Assembly (NCBI RefSeq): GCF_964188315.1 | Contig: NC_135667.1 | Coordinates: 11,780,001-11,844,000 of the forward strand | Length of the DNA: 64,000 nt | Source of the DNA: Podarcis muralis | Taxonomy: Eukaryota | Reading direction: 5' to 3' | Part shown: positions 12,101-23,995 of the stretch, one piece after another | Layout of the letters: every line of letters begins with the position of its first letter | Position numbering within the stretch: the first letter of the stretch is position 1 | Made by a program: the position numbers and the translations under genes | Notes under the pieces: model-generated | Told to the model about the DNA's origin: nothing | Database searches by the model: none | The model's input: the letters and a program-made list of their open reading frames with translations, nothing else

Positions 12101-13679
12101 TGAATTCCTCACAACAGAGAAAAAGCATGCAAATCTATCTAGGAAAGCTGCTTGAATAACCTTAATGATAATATTAAAATTCTTTATAGACTTTAAATCT
12201 CTCTCTTGCTCTTTCTAGCTCCACTATTTCCTTCAGAGGAGAGAATCCAAGCACCTCCTTAGCCAAATTCTTGCTACACAACTATGTAAATAATGTTTTA
12301 CTGTTGTTCTTTATGATTTTAGCAATGGGCACAATGAAATTTTTTTTAGCTTATCTTATTGCTGACTTGCATTTATCTTACCCTAGCTTGTGTTCCTTTC
12401 CCCTCCTCATTTCAACGAGAATCATGTTTTCTAGAGGAAGACTTGCCTCCAATAGTGGCAATAGTCTTAGTTTTCCTCCCTAAAAATATTGGGCAGCACA
12501 TTCAAATCCTGAATTTCCACTGGTTTGATTATTTGCCACTCTCTTCCCATCTTCTTCTTCTCTCAATCTTTATGCGCCCCCTTGCCCAGATTATCTGAAG
12601 CTTTGGGCTGGGCTGTCACCAATATGCTGATGACACTCAGCTCTATCTGCTGATGGATGGGCACACTGACTTGGCCCCAAACACACTTACCAGATGCTTG
12701 GAAGCTGTGGCTGGATGGTTTCGTGGGAGCCGACTGAAACTAAATCCTTCGAAGACAGAGGTCCTATGGCTGGGTCGGGATGGCATGGGGATGAGGGACC
12801 AACTGCCTTCTCTTGCGGGGGCCCAATTAGTGCCATTGCCTTCCGTTAAGAGTTTGGGTGTAATCCTTGATGCCTCCCTTTCCATGGAGTGGCAGGTTAC
12901 AGCAACAGCCAAGGCGACATTTTCCCACCTTCGCTGCATCAAGCAGTTGGTCCCTTACCTTTCCCGCCCCGACCTGGCCACAGTGATCCATGCGACGGTC
13001 ACCTTCAGGCTTGACTACTGTAATTTGCTCTACGCAGGGCTGCCCTTGAAGCTGTCCCAGAAACTCCAGCGGGTGCAGAATGCTGCAGCAAGGCTCCTCA
13101 CGGGGTCTCTGCCATGGGAGCATATTCACCCAGTGCTTTTCAAGCTGCACTGGCTCCCAGTGGAGTACAGGGTCAGATTTAAGGTGCTGCTTTTGACCTT
13201 TAAAGCCCTTCACGGCCTAGGACCCTCATACCTATGGGACCGCCTCTCCCGGTATGCCCCACGGAGAGCCTCAAGGTCCATAAATAGCAACACCCTAGTG
13301 GTCCCGGGCCCTAAGGAAGTTAGATTAGCTTCAACCAGAGCCAGGGCCTTTTCAACTCTGGCTCCGGCCTGGTGGAACGCTCTGCCTCATGAGACCAGGG
13401 CCCTGCAGGATCTGATTTCTTTCCGCAGGGCCTGTAAGATAGAGTTGTTCCACCTGGCCTTTGGCTTGGAGCCAATTTGATTCCCTCCCTCTCTTTCTTT
13501 TTCTTTTTCTTTTCCTTCTCCTCCTGCGATGAGGCTACATTTTAATATTTTAATGTTTCATTATTTTAATGTTGTATTTTAATTTTGTTTTTAAGTTGTA
13601 ATCATTCAACTTGTTTTTATTATTGCTTGTAAGCCGCCTTGAGCCCGGCCTTGGCTGGGAGGACGGGCTATAAATAAAA

Positions 13680-13731
<52 letters not shown>

Positions 13732-13795
13732 CTGCTACCAAAAGCTGTTGTGATTTCATATTTTAATGATAATATTACAATGCTTTTTGGACTTT

Positions 13796-13836
<41 letters not shown>

Positions 13837-16800
13837 GCTCCACTCATCCCTTCAGATGATGTCATTCAACAACAGTGCCGGAGATGAAATTGCATTTAAC
13901 AAACATGGAGAGTTAGTAGGTGGATTTGATATTAGGAACTTGGTGACCTTCCCAAATGGATCCTACATCAGGGTCAAGGTCGGGAAGCTGGATCCTCAGG
14001 CTCCTCCAGGCAAAGAGTTTTCCATTAATGAGGACAGAATCAAATGGCACTGGAACTTGACTCAGGTAGGGAAAGAGCCATACTACCTCTCAAGTAGCAA
14101 CATTCATGATCAAACAGTAACACGACTAACCAGTAATACCAGGAATAACATCAAATATACTTTGCCAAACCCCAGTAAGCTTGTGACATACCCACTATAT
14201 ATGTATAAGGTTTCCCCATAAATGTATAAGGTTGTATCTCCACCATCAAAGGGATGACGTTGAAGAGGTGATGCGCAAAAGCTCAGTGTTAGAAAAACGC
14301 TACCTTCAGCAATGCCTCCTAGACTATGGCCACAATGGAGTGCATAGGAAGCTTCAGCCATATTTCAACCCAGACATCTTCATCTTCACCTAAGTTATAT
14401 TCTCATTCCTGACACAATCCATATGCATTTAACAACTTTGAGTTAATCCGGGGGGGGGGGGGGGAATACATAAGATGACTGGAACCCTTCAAGTATTAAG
14501 CAGATTGGATACAATGATGTTTAAAAGTCATTATAGAAAGCAGACCAGTTCCTTCCCTGAAGAAATGTTCTGTTCTGTAATAGCTGAAACCAGAGGCCCT
14601 GCTGCTAGACTTGTCATTGAAATCAGTTAGACATCACATAACTTATAAAACTCCCCCAGGACCAAGCTTGTCTGAATCTTGTTAGAGGCCTCCACGGCAT
14701 GACAGTGTAGGACTGGCAAGTCCCTGGCGGGGGCCTCCAACTTTCTTAACCCTCCAAGGCCAAGGGCAAATGCACCTAGCTGCCCCTTCTTTGCATGAAT
14801 AAAAATGTTTCAATTAGATCCCCTGGAGCAGAAGAATATTCAAAGCCTTTATTATGCCCTTTCATTGCTAGGCATAATAAAGGATTTGAATATTCTTCTG
14901 CTCCAGAGGATCTACTTGAACATTTTTATTCATGTCTCTGCTGTTTTTAGAATATTGGTTTTAACCTTCTGGTTACTGGATTTATTTGAAACCAAATCCT
15001 CATACCCAACACTAATAATAATACATAATAAATGTGTGTATTGGCTTTGTACATATATGAAATTATGAGATGAATCAGGGTGATCTAGGGTGCAATCCTA
15101 ACTATTGGAACTATCCCAATTATTATTCTTAATCGATTAATGCTTCATATTTATCCATCCCTCCAGCACCTTTACCTGCATCGCATCATGATATAATATT
15201 TATTTAGAATATTGATTTCCACTCCTACTCTGTGGTTTTTGAAATGTCATAATTAATATCCTAGCTGTTTCCCCATTCCACAGATAGCCTGCCAACAGTT
15301 TATTATTTCTTCAAAATAATATATGTGATTGATACAATTAAATTTTAAAACAGAAATAAACATATCTTCTGTTACGTTCATTTTTAATTCAGGTACCACT
15401 CTGAAGTGTTGGTCTGATGCAGACGAAACAAACAAACAAACAAACAAACAAACAAATATTGTCCAGTAGCACCTTAGAGACCAACTAAGTTAGTTCTAGG
15501 TATAAGCTTTCATGTGCATGCACACTTTTTCAGATCCACTGAAACAGAAGTAACCAGACCCTTATACATAGTAGGAGGGTGGGTAGTAGGAGATGGGTGA
15601 TTTACTCAATGGGTATGGTAAACCTGTTGATGACTGTTAACGACAGGAAAAAGCATGGGATAGTATGTACTGTAGATGACCAATAATAGCTTTAGCATAT
15701 GTAATGAGACAAGAATCCAATATCTCTATTCAGACCAAGTCTCTCCATAGTTTTCAGTTTAGTAATAAGTTGTAATTCAGCTTCTCATTCAAGTCTATTT
15801 CTGAAATTCTTTTGTAATAAGACAGCTGCTTTGAGATCCTGTATTGAATGTCCTGGGAGATTGAAGAGTTCTCCTACTGGCTTCTCTGTCTTGTGATTCC
15901 TGATGTCAGGTTTATGTCCATTTATCCTTTGGCGTAGGGTTTCATTTTTAATGTAACTATACTATGCAATCAATAGATGTTTTAAGGTCTTTTCAAAGGA
16001 CCTTCTTTTAAAGGCTCTTCAAATTTGGAATGATTAGCTTGAAAATCCTTTTCTCTGAATGTTTAATAAATAAATACCAATCTACTTTATAGGCAAGCTA
16101 CCAATGAATATTCAAATAGATTGTTATCTTTTCATTTAGTTCTTCCATTAAATTAATTCCCTTTATTGATTTTGTGTCCTATATAAGAGAGCCATCCTAA
16201 CTATGCTAAGCCAGCTAAGTTCAGGTTAGATGCAATTCTTTTTCACCTAATGGAAACCTTTGGCCCTTCAGCTGGAAAACTTTGGCTGATAGGAATGCTA
16301 ATTCAACAAAATATGGAAGGTCATAGGGTCTCCAACCTAGTTAATGGTATTAGATCAGATGTATAAATAGGTCAATTATTTGGTGGACTCATTATAGAAA
16401 TTCTAATCTTTAATTATAAGATGCTTGACATAATCAGTATTTCATCCAGTGAATCTTGCACCTGTGCTCATATGGATATGCTATTCCATATCATTTACAC
16501 TTCTATTTACTGGTGATTCTTACTGATTTAAGATCAATTTCCCAGGCATTTTCTAAATAATAACCTTTCCCTTTGGATAGGTGCCACCCCCTTCAGTATG
16601 TAATGACCACTGCCAACCTGGTTACCGGAAGTTTAAAAAGGAGGGGGAGAAATTTTGCTGTTATGATTGTGCTCCATGTCAAGATGGGATGTTTTCTGAT
16701 GAGATTGGTAGGATTTACTGTTTTGCAAGTTAGCTGTTATTAACTTCGGGTGCCCCCCCCATTCAAATCATGGCATAATATATGGTTCTTATTGTTGATA

Positions 16801-17918
16801 TAGATAAGCTTTATGGAAATATCTTGTTAATATTATTGGAACTTTTAATATAATAGAAACACAGGTAAAAATATTTCTGAGTGACACTGAAGTAATCCAT
16901 TGTCTGGAAAATGTACAACAACGTTCCATTAATATTGTTTGTTATTTTTAGTCAGTGTGAAAAAAATACTTTTAAAGTAGAAGACCTATTATGAGCTTCT
17001 TCAATTAAGTATTGAGAGCCCCTCCCCAAGCATTCTCCCCTCCTCACATTTACCTAGTGGATTTGTGTCTCCTTATAAATATAGAAAGGGACGCGGGTGG
17101 CGCTGTGTTCTAAACCACAGAGCCTCTTGGGCATGCCGATCAGAAGGTTGGCGGTTTGAATCCCTGCGATGGAGTGAGCTCCCGTTGCTCAGTCCTAGCT
17201 CCTGCCAACCTAGCAATTTGAAAGCATTCCAAAGTGCAAGTAAATAAATAGGTACCGCTCTGGCAGGAAGGTAAACGCCATTTCCATGCACTGCTCTGGT
17301 TTTGCCAGAAGCGGCTTAGTCATGACCTGGAAAAAACTGTCTGCGGACAAACACCCACTCCCTCAGGCTGTAAAGCAAAATGAGCGCCGCAGCCTCAGAG
17401 AGGTCTGCGAATGGACTTAACTGTCAGGGGTCTTTTACGTTTACCTTTTTAGAAATATAGAGACCTAGACGTTGTTCTCATAGTGCTTTCAAACAATATA
17501 GTTTCTGGCTCACCACTGCTCAGACTTCCAGAAAAGCACATCCTAAATAAGTCTCCAATTCCTCTTTCTGTCCCTTCCTTTCTACATCTTTCACTGTTCC
17601 ACACATTGGTTATGAATGTTCCCAGAAACTATTCACCCAACAGCGCTTTCCTTTCCGTTAATCTCCTTTGGTCCACCCCGAGCATCTATCCTTATCTCTG
17701 CCTTTGTCACACCTTCCAGAATGTTCAACTTCTCTTCTAGGTGGTGCATACGAGAGAAGAAAAAAACCTAGAAGACCTTTCATTAATAATATTTATTATT
17801 TTTGCCCATGCTGCAAAATTATCTAGCTTCCCCGATAATGGATATCATTTGCACTGAATCTCTCTTTTCACTGCACAGCAGTTATTATTCTAAGACAGAG
17901 AGAAGGGGGTCAAGAGCG

Positions 17919-17956
<38 letters not shown>

Positions 17957-18993
17957 TTTGATTGCTGGTGTTCCTTTTTTGGAAGCCAATTGTTCAGAAG
18001 GTTTTGTAACGCATGGTGAATCTATGTTAAGAGACTCTTGAAAAAGCTTGAGAACAATTTTCATTGAATTAAATTTCTTTCCCCCTCCCAGATATGGAAA
18101 CTTGTGTCTCTTGTCCAAATGATCACTATCCAAACAAAGATCGGGATGGATGCATACCTAAGATTCCAAACTTCCTGGCTTTTGATGACACTTTGGGCAT
18201 TGTTCTAATTTCCTTTGCGCTTTTGTTGTCTCTGACCACAGTTCTGGTGCTTGTCATCTTCATTAAATGCCGGAACACTGCCATAGTCAAGGCCAACAAC
18301 AGAAGCCTCACCTACATTCTTCTCATCTCCCTCCTCTTGTGTTTCCTCTGCTCTTTGTTGTTTCTTGGAAGGCCTAATGAGGTGACCTGTCTTCTGCGAC
18401 AAACTGCTTTTGGTATTGTCTTCTCTGTAGCCCTTTCTAGCATCTTGGCCAAAACCATCTCTGTGGTTTTGGCATTCATGGCTACTAAACCAGGATCCAG
18501 GATGAGGAAATGGATTGGAAAACGCTTGGCTTATTCCGTAGTCATCTCCTCCTCCAGTACTCAAGTAGGGATTTGTATTCTGTGGTTGGGAACCTTTCCA
18601 CCATTCCCAGATGTGGACACACCTTCAGGGACTGAAGAAATTATATTGCTATGTAATGAAGGCTCAAGCATCATGTTTTATTGTGTCTTGGGCTACATGG
18701 GCTTCCTAGCCATTGTCAGCTTCACTGTAGCTTTCCTAGCCAGGAAGTTGCCTGACAGTTTTAATGAAGCCAAGTTCATCACTTTCAGTATGTTGGTCTT
18801 TTGCAGCGTTTGGCTCTCTTTTGTTCCTACATACCTGAGCACCAGAGGAAAATACATGGTGGCTGTGGAGATTTTCTCCATCTTGGCTTCCAGTGCAGGG
18901 TTACTAGGATGTATCTTTTCTCCTAAATGCTACATTATTGTTTTCAGGCCTGAGCTTAACAACAAAGAGCAGATAATGCAGAGAAATAAATGA
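5829..18993 (+). CDS. V2R gene B, complete 6-exon gene, 872 aa (881 aa if ATG 5802 is used)
   Basis: Exons 5829-6034, 7684-7975, 9924-10787, 13838-14065, 16581-16707, 18092-18993 total 2619 nt in frame with GT-AG junctions: signal peptide, Venus-flytrap domain, Cys-rich domain, 7TM. An N-gap lies in intron 2 only. Confidence 0.94.
6066..6103. repeat. (GT)n microsatellite
   Basis: Directly visible. Confidence 0.95.
7684..7975 (+). CDS. V2R gene B exon 2
   Basis: 292 bp; [20 protein letters not shown]...PNYKC...LYKIPQ|GT. Confidence 0.95.
8101..9024. other. Assembly gap (924 N)
   Basis: N run in gene B intron 2. Confidence 1.
9924..10787 (+). CDS. V2R gene B exon 3
   Basis: 864 bp; ISYGSF...FYRMVPNE...CTGEE...[12 protein letters not shown]...WK|GT. 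Confidence 0.95.
11385..12000 (-). mobile_element. CR1 LINE ORF2 fragment, degenerate
   Basis: Minus-strand reading resembles CR1 ORF2 (EVLGLLDDK...[10 protein letters not shown]...[10 protein letters not shown]...DGIYP). Confidence 0.75.
11787..13858 (+). repeat. Old tandem duplication of the intron-3 end plus the first ~22 nt of exon 4 (gene B)
   Basis: Copy 1 is 11787-12240; copy 2 is 12241-12552 plus 13730-13858, split by L2; both end in ctag|CTCCAC...CTTCAGA. Confidence 0.85.
12553..13729 (+). mobile_element. L2 LINE, 5'-truncated
   Basis: YADDTQLY (12624 region); ORF 12653-13480 with LNPSKTE, RLDYCN, LHWLP; AATAAA and (TTA)n tail. Confidence 0.92.
13838..14065 (+). CDS. V2R gene B exon 4
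   Basis: 228 bp; (CT)n-TAG acceptor; [24 protein letters not shown]...KVGKLDP. Confidence 0.95.
15458..15941 (-). mobile_element. Penelope-like element 3' end with a degenerate hammerhead core
   Basis: GIY-YIG C-terminal [10 protein letters not shown]...[11 protein letters not shown]; CTGAAAAAGTGTGCATGCACATGAAAGCTT; absent from the paralog A intron. Confidence 0.85.
16581..16707 (+). CDS. V2R gene B exon 5
   Basis: 127 bp; [14 protein letters not shown]...FCCYDCAPC. Confidence 0.95.
17088..17447 (+). mobile_element. Sauria SINE
   Basis: Full head and tail; TSD about AAATATAGA; site is empty in paralog A. Confidence 0.9.
18092..18993 (+). CDS. V2R gene B exon 6 (7TM)
   Basis: 902 bp; ORF 18094-18993. 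Confidence 0.96.
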
Positions 18994-19641
18994 ATAATGA
19001 ATCTGGGTATTTTTCACCTGCACAGGAAAATATAACATAGCTACAGAAAAACTGGTACTATGTGAAATAATGAAAGTATTTAAGCATTTATTATTATTGT
19101 AGGGTTGTTTTGAGATGAAAAAAAATATTTTATTTTTATTGAAGTTATATTTCTTTGTGGGAACCAGACTGAAGCAATTATCATAGGGTTGTTGTGAAAT
19201 CATCACTTTTTATTTTAAGTGAAGTTATAATCCTATCAAAATAGTCTTCTTTGTGGGACCCAATCTGAAACTCCAAAGTCTATTTCTGTAACATATGAAG
19301 AAAGACTTCATGTTTTTATTTATATTTTGGGTAATCTATACTGAAATGTAAAATGTGTTAATAAATTGGGACTACGTGAAGGGTCTAAATTTCTTCAGAA
19401 TTTTGTGGTGTGAAATGGGCTTTTTTTTAAAAGAAAATGAGATGCAAGTCTGATATATTCACACACACACACACATACAATAGAAATCTTTCTATTATTC
19501 AATACTTTATTGCCTGGGTATAATGAAATAATGCTGGTTTTATGTCACGATTTTCTGAATTTTATTAGTTGACATATATATCAAACATGAAATCAAGTCA
19601 GTTTTCAGTGCAAATCTTTTTTTTATAAAAAAATTAATGTA

Positions 19642-19867
19642 CAGTGGCAACTCGGGTTACAGACGCTTCAGGTTGCAGCCTCTGCTAACCCAGAAATAGT
19701 ACCTCGGGTTAAGAACTTTGCTTCAGGATGAGAACAAAAATTGTGCAGCCGTGGTGCAGCGGCAACGGGAGGCCCCATTAGCTAAATTGGCACCTCAGGT
19801 TAAGAACAGTTTCAGGTTAAGAACGGACCTCCAGAATGAATTAAATTCTTAACCCAAGGTACCACTG
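19642..19867. mobile_element. Tc1/mariner MITE
   Basis: TA|CAGTGG...GGTACCACTG TIRs. Confidence 0.85.
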
Positions 19868-20186
19868 AATCAAAAAAACAACTTCTGTTGATATTTACGC
19901 AGAATGGTAGATCCCACCTGAGCCCTTTGTTTCACTTTCTTCATGGTGTTATGAGACTTTTTGGGGGAGGTGGTAAGCTGAATGCCCAGACTCCCTTCTA
20001 ATTCTTGGACCCTGCTTCTAATCCCTGGATCCGGCATGGATTCAATTGCTTGAATAGCCAAGCTAGGTTGGTAATTTCCTAGTTGATGAGCCGCTACAAA
20101 TGACAAAGGGAAGGTATCAGACGAACAAAAAAGCCAAAGGGAGGGAACTGTTTGTGTCAGAGTTAGTTCAGAAGACAAAGAGTTTT

Positions 20187-20990
20187 CATAGAATCATAAA
20201 AGTTGGAAGGGACCCAAGGGTCATATAGTCCAACCTCCAGCAATACAGTAATCTTAGCTAAAGTATCCATGGCAGATGGCTATCCAACCTCTGTTTAAAA
20301 ACCTCCAAGGAAGGAAAGTCCACCACCTCTCGTGGGAGTCTGTTCCACTGCCAAACAGCTCTTACTATCAGAAAGTTTTTCCAAATGTTTAGTCAGAATC
20401 CCCTTTCTTGTAACTTGAAGCCATTGGTTTGAGTCTTACCCTTCAGAGCAGGACGAAACAAGCATGCTTCCTCTTCCGTGTGACAGCCCTTAAGATATCT
20501 GAAGATGGCTATCTCACTCTCCTCTTTTCCAGGCTAAACATACCCGGCTCCTGGGTCTTCCTCTCCTCCCCCTTTGAAGTTGGGGAGAATATTTGCCCGC
20601 TTCCAATCTGTAGGGACCTCACCTGTTCTCCAAGAATTCTCAAACATAATAGTCAAATGCTCTGAAATTATATCCACAAGTTTGTTTAGTACCCTTGGAT
20701 GCAGGTCATCAGGCCCTGTAGATTTGAATTCATATAAAGTAGCTAGGTGTTCCCTCACTACCTCTTTTCCTATCTTGGGCTGGTGCTCCCTCCTTACATC
20801 ATTTATTTTGTTATCACTAGGTTGGGCATCACTTCCCTTTTGGGTGAAGACAGAGGCAAAGTAGGTGTTGAGTAGCCTTTCCCACGTAAAGGATCGACCA
20901 CTTGCTTGTTCTTCCTCTTCAGACATAGCCAAAGAAACCTTTTATTTTATTTTCAACTTCTCTTGCAAGCCCCAGCTTTAGCCAGTCCAG
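20187..20990 (-). mobile_element. CR1 LINE with internal deletion
   Basis: Pre-RT ORF2 (YFASVFT...KSTGPDDLHPRVL...DWKRAN) joined at about 20553 to the CR1 3' end. Confidence 0.85.
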
Positions 20991-21149
20991 CTTTCCCCCT
21001 GCGATTGTTGGCTACTCGTGTATACGCCTCCTTTGTGATTTTCCCCTTACCCCCTTTCTTAAAGCAGAGTTGAATTTAGAATAGGAATTTTGGGCATGAT
21101 TTGAGCTAAGGAAAAAAGGTTGCAGTCTGGTAAAGGCAGCAGTCCGTAA

Positions 21150-21340
21150 AACACAGAAAGTTAGAGAGATGGCCAGAGTTATGGCTGAGGTCAGTTTGAA
21201 TCCAAGGTTGCAGATATGGGAGAAACAAGACCCTACTAGGGTGATTATGCTGTGATCCCCTCCATCGTAGGCTCAGGTTGGACATATGTGTAAATAAACC
21301 ATATATCACAAAGATGCGATAGTCTCATATGTGTCTCAAT
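21150..21340 (+). mobile_element. LTR-like fragment, family unassigned
   Basis: AATAAACCATATATC poly(A)-type signal in LTR-like context; boundaries unclear. Confidence 0.35.
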
Positions 21341-21604
21341 TTCTAAAAGGAAACAATAAACATGGGAAAACATGCCTGGAATTCTCTGGACTCTTGCACC
21401 ACTCAGAGATTGGGGATGGCATGCAATACTATTCTTTTTTCCACTCCAAGCCTTCTATAACTAGTTTAAATGCTGGGACATATTTCTTAATTTTACCAGG
21501 ACATTGTCATCAGCATACAGAGAGGAGCAATTCTGGTTTTTCCTCAGTTTTTGTTTTCACAGTCTTTAATTCACATTTCCATACCAGTTTGCGTTCTTTT
21601 TACC

Positions 21605-21845
21605 CAAGTGGGCTCCCACCAAGTGGGCAAGGGTGCTCAATATCAGCCGTGTCAACGGCCCAACCCATTCGGATATTCCAGAGGTTGAGCAGTGCTTTGA
21701 CCAGAGCGCTGGTCATATCAGCCAGAAAACCACCCAGAGCTATCTGGAATCCCATTGGATCCATCAGCCTCTGTGGGGAGACCATCCTCATAGGTCCTCC
21801 ACCTTTGCAGAAGGGGAAAGGTGCTGAAAGCTGACCATGACAAGG
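21605..21845 (-). mobile_element. L2 ORF2 internal fragment
   Basis: PQRLMDPMGFQIALG...LWN...AVDT. Confidence 0.65.
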
Positions 21846-21880
21846 GACTGGTGTCAATGTCCCCAATGTCCCAAACATAC

Positions 21881-22131
21881 ACCAGTGTGGTGTAGTGGTT
21901 AAGAGGGGTAGTTTCATAATCTGGGGAACCGGGTTTGTGTTTCTGCTCCTCCACATGCAGCTGCTGGGTGACCTTGGTCTAGTCACACTTCTCTGAAGTC
22001 TCTCAGCCCCACTCACCTCACAGAGTGTTTGTTGTGGGGGAGGAAGGGAAAGGAGAATGTTAGCCGCTTTTAGACTCCTTCGGGTAGTGATGAAGCAGGG
22101 TATCAAATCCAAACTCTTCTTCTTCTTCTTC
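21881..22131 (+). mobile_element. tRNA-derived SINE (Squam3-like)
   Basis: CAGTGTGGTGTAGTGGTTAAGAG A-box head; (TCT)n tail; near-identical to 48296-48531. Confidence 0.85.
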
Positions 22132-23093
22132 TTTCAGATCACCCTTTTCCTACCCAGTTAAGAAAACTTTTGAGGTTAACTTGTGTCACTTACTTGAAGT
22201 TGTGGGGCTCAGCCTAAAAAGTTCCTAATGGGGAACTTGCACATGCAGCTGATTCCAATGGGACATCCCAGAGGTGTTAGTGCTGATGGGAGTTGAGAGG
22301 GAGCCTTGCTTGCCGGGGGGGGGGGGGACACCTCATATTTGCCTGATGTCAGGTATGTCAGTCTGTGCCATTAATTCTTCCATTGGCATATATTATATAT
22401 TTCCTTTTTGGGATGACCTTATGACCCAGAACAGAATGCCTGAATAATAATACCTACCTGTTTCTGGGATCAACTCATAAACTCTACAACTGCCTCTTTT
22501 CCTCACCAAACAAATTGGGCAATTATTTTTGTCATTCCATTTAGGTCTTATTTGTAGTATCTACTGCAACAGATTCTGTACCATATACAGAACATATGCA
22601 ACTTTATGGTAATACATTCATCTTGATCATGCTTATGTATTCTAATACAGACTCACATTTCCCCCCCATCTGATTTGGTTTGGAATTTTTGCTCCCTCAG
22701 TTGTCATCAAGCAACAATTGGATGGGCAGCATTTCTCCCCCAGACCTAATGCCTAAGAACCATTTATTACTCACAATTATTGCTCAGCTTGCATTTCCCT
22801 TCTCTCTCTCGCTCTTTCACACACACACACAAACACACTCCACAGCAGAAATTTGTTTGGTCAGAAATCATGTCACAGTCAGATTGTGCACTTCTTCAGA
22901 TTTGTGCAAAAAGTGAACACACATAAATACTGCATGCAAAATATTATTTTATTTCTGAATATATTCAAAATCCTTAGATATATAATTTCAGCAAAAAGTT
23001 GTAAGTGTAGCGCAGTTCCTGGTGGATGACCCAAGTACTTATTAATGTGTTCCTTTAAGGACCTTAAAATGACACCAGAAACTGTGCCATTAT

Positions 23094-23995
23094 TCAATTA
23101 TTTCTTCGTTTTAGCTGTTCCCTGTTGTTCAACTCAGGCCTCAAAATAATAATGTAGCATTTTGGAGAAAAGATGCAGCCTAGCAACCCAGCACTGGAGG
23201 CCAAGATGGAGAAGATTTCCACAGCTACCATGTATTTTCCCTTGGTGCTCAGGTAGGTTGGAACAAAGGATAGCCACACACTGCAAAAGACCAGCATGCT
23301 GAAAGTGATGAATTTGGCTTCATTGAAACTGTCTGGCAACTTTCTGGCTAGGAAAGCTACACTGAAACTGATGGTTGCCAAAAAGCCCATGTAGCCCAAG
23401 ACACAGTAGAACATGGAGACTGACCCTTCATTACATTCCACAATGATTTCTCCAGACACTGAGTGCATGTCCTGACCTGGAAATGGGGGAGATGTGGCCA
23501 ACCAAACAGCACAGATGCCTAGCTGAGTAAGAGAACAGGAAAAGACAATTGAAAGTGCCAACCTTTTCCCCACCCATTTCCGGAAAATGCTTCCTGGTTT
23601 GGAGGCCATGAAAACTACAACCACTGTAATGGTTTTGGCCAAAACTGAAGAAATAGCAATGGAGAAGATGATGCCAAATGCTGTTTGTCGGAGCAGGCAG
23701 GTCACCTTATTGGGTTGTCCAATGAAGAGCAAAGAGCAGAGGAAGCAAAGAAGGAGAGCGATCAGGAGAATATAGGTAAGGCTTCGGTTGTTGGCTTTGA
23801 CAATGGGAGTGTCCCTGTGCTTAATGAAGACTGCAAGTACCAGAGCTGTGACCAGGGAAAAGTATAGAGCCAGTGTTGCTAAAGAAATACCCAAATGTTC
23901 TTCAAAAGAGAGGAAGGTCTGGACTTTGGGGAGGCAGTGATCCTTTCCCTTATTTGGGTACTGATCTTCTGAGCAGCTGATGCAATAATCCATGT
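23094..23995 (-). CDS. V2R gene C exon 6 (7TM)
   Basis: 902 bp; within ORF 23094-24017. Confidence 0.96.

Noticed and set aside
15499-15537. Second hammerhead-like motif in the gene B intron-4 Penelope
   Set aside because: The core reads CTGAAAA rather than CTGANGA, stem II is weakened, and it is antisense to gene B; presumed dead.
21881-21960. tRNA-like sequences (also 48296 and the Sauria SINE heads)
   Set aside because: SINE heads with A/B boxes followed by SINE bodies; not intact tRNA genes.
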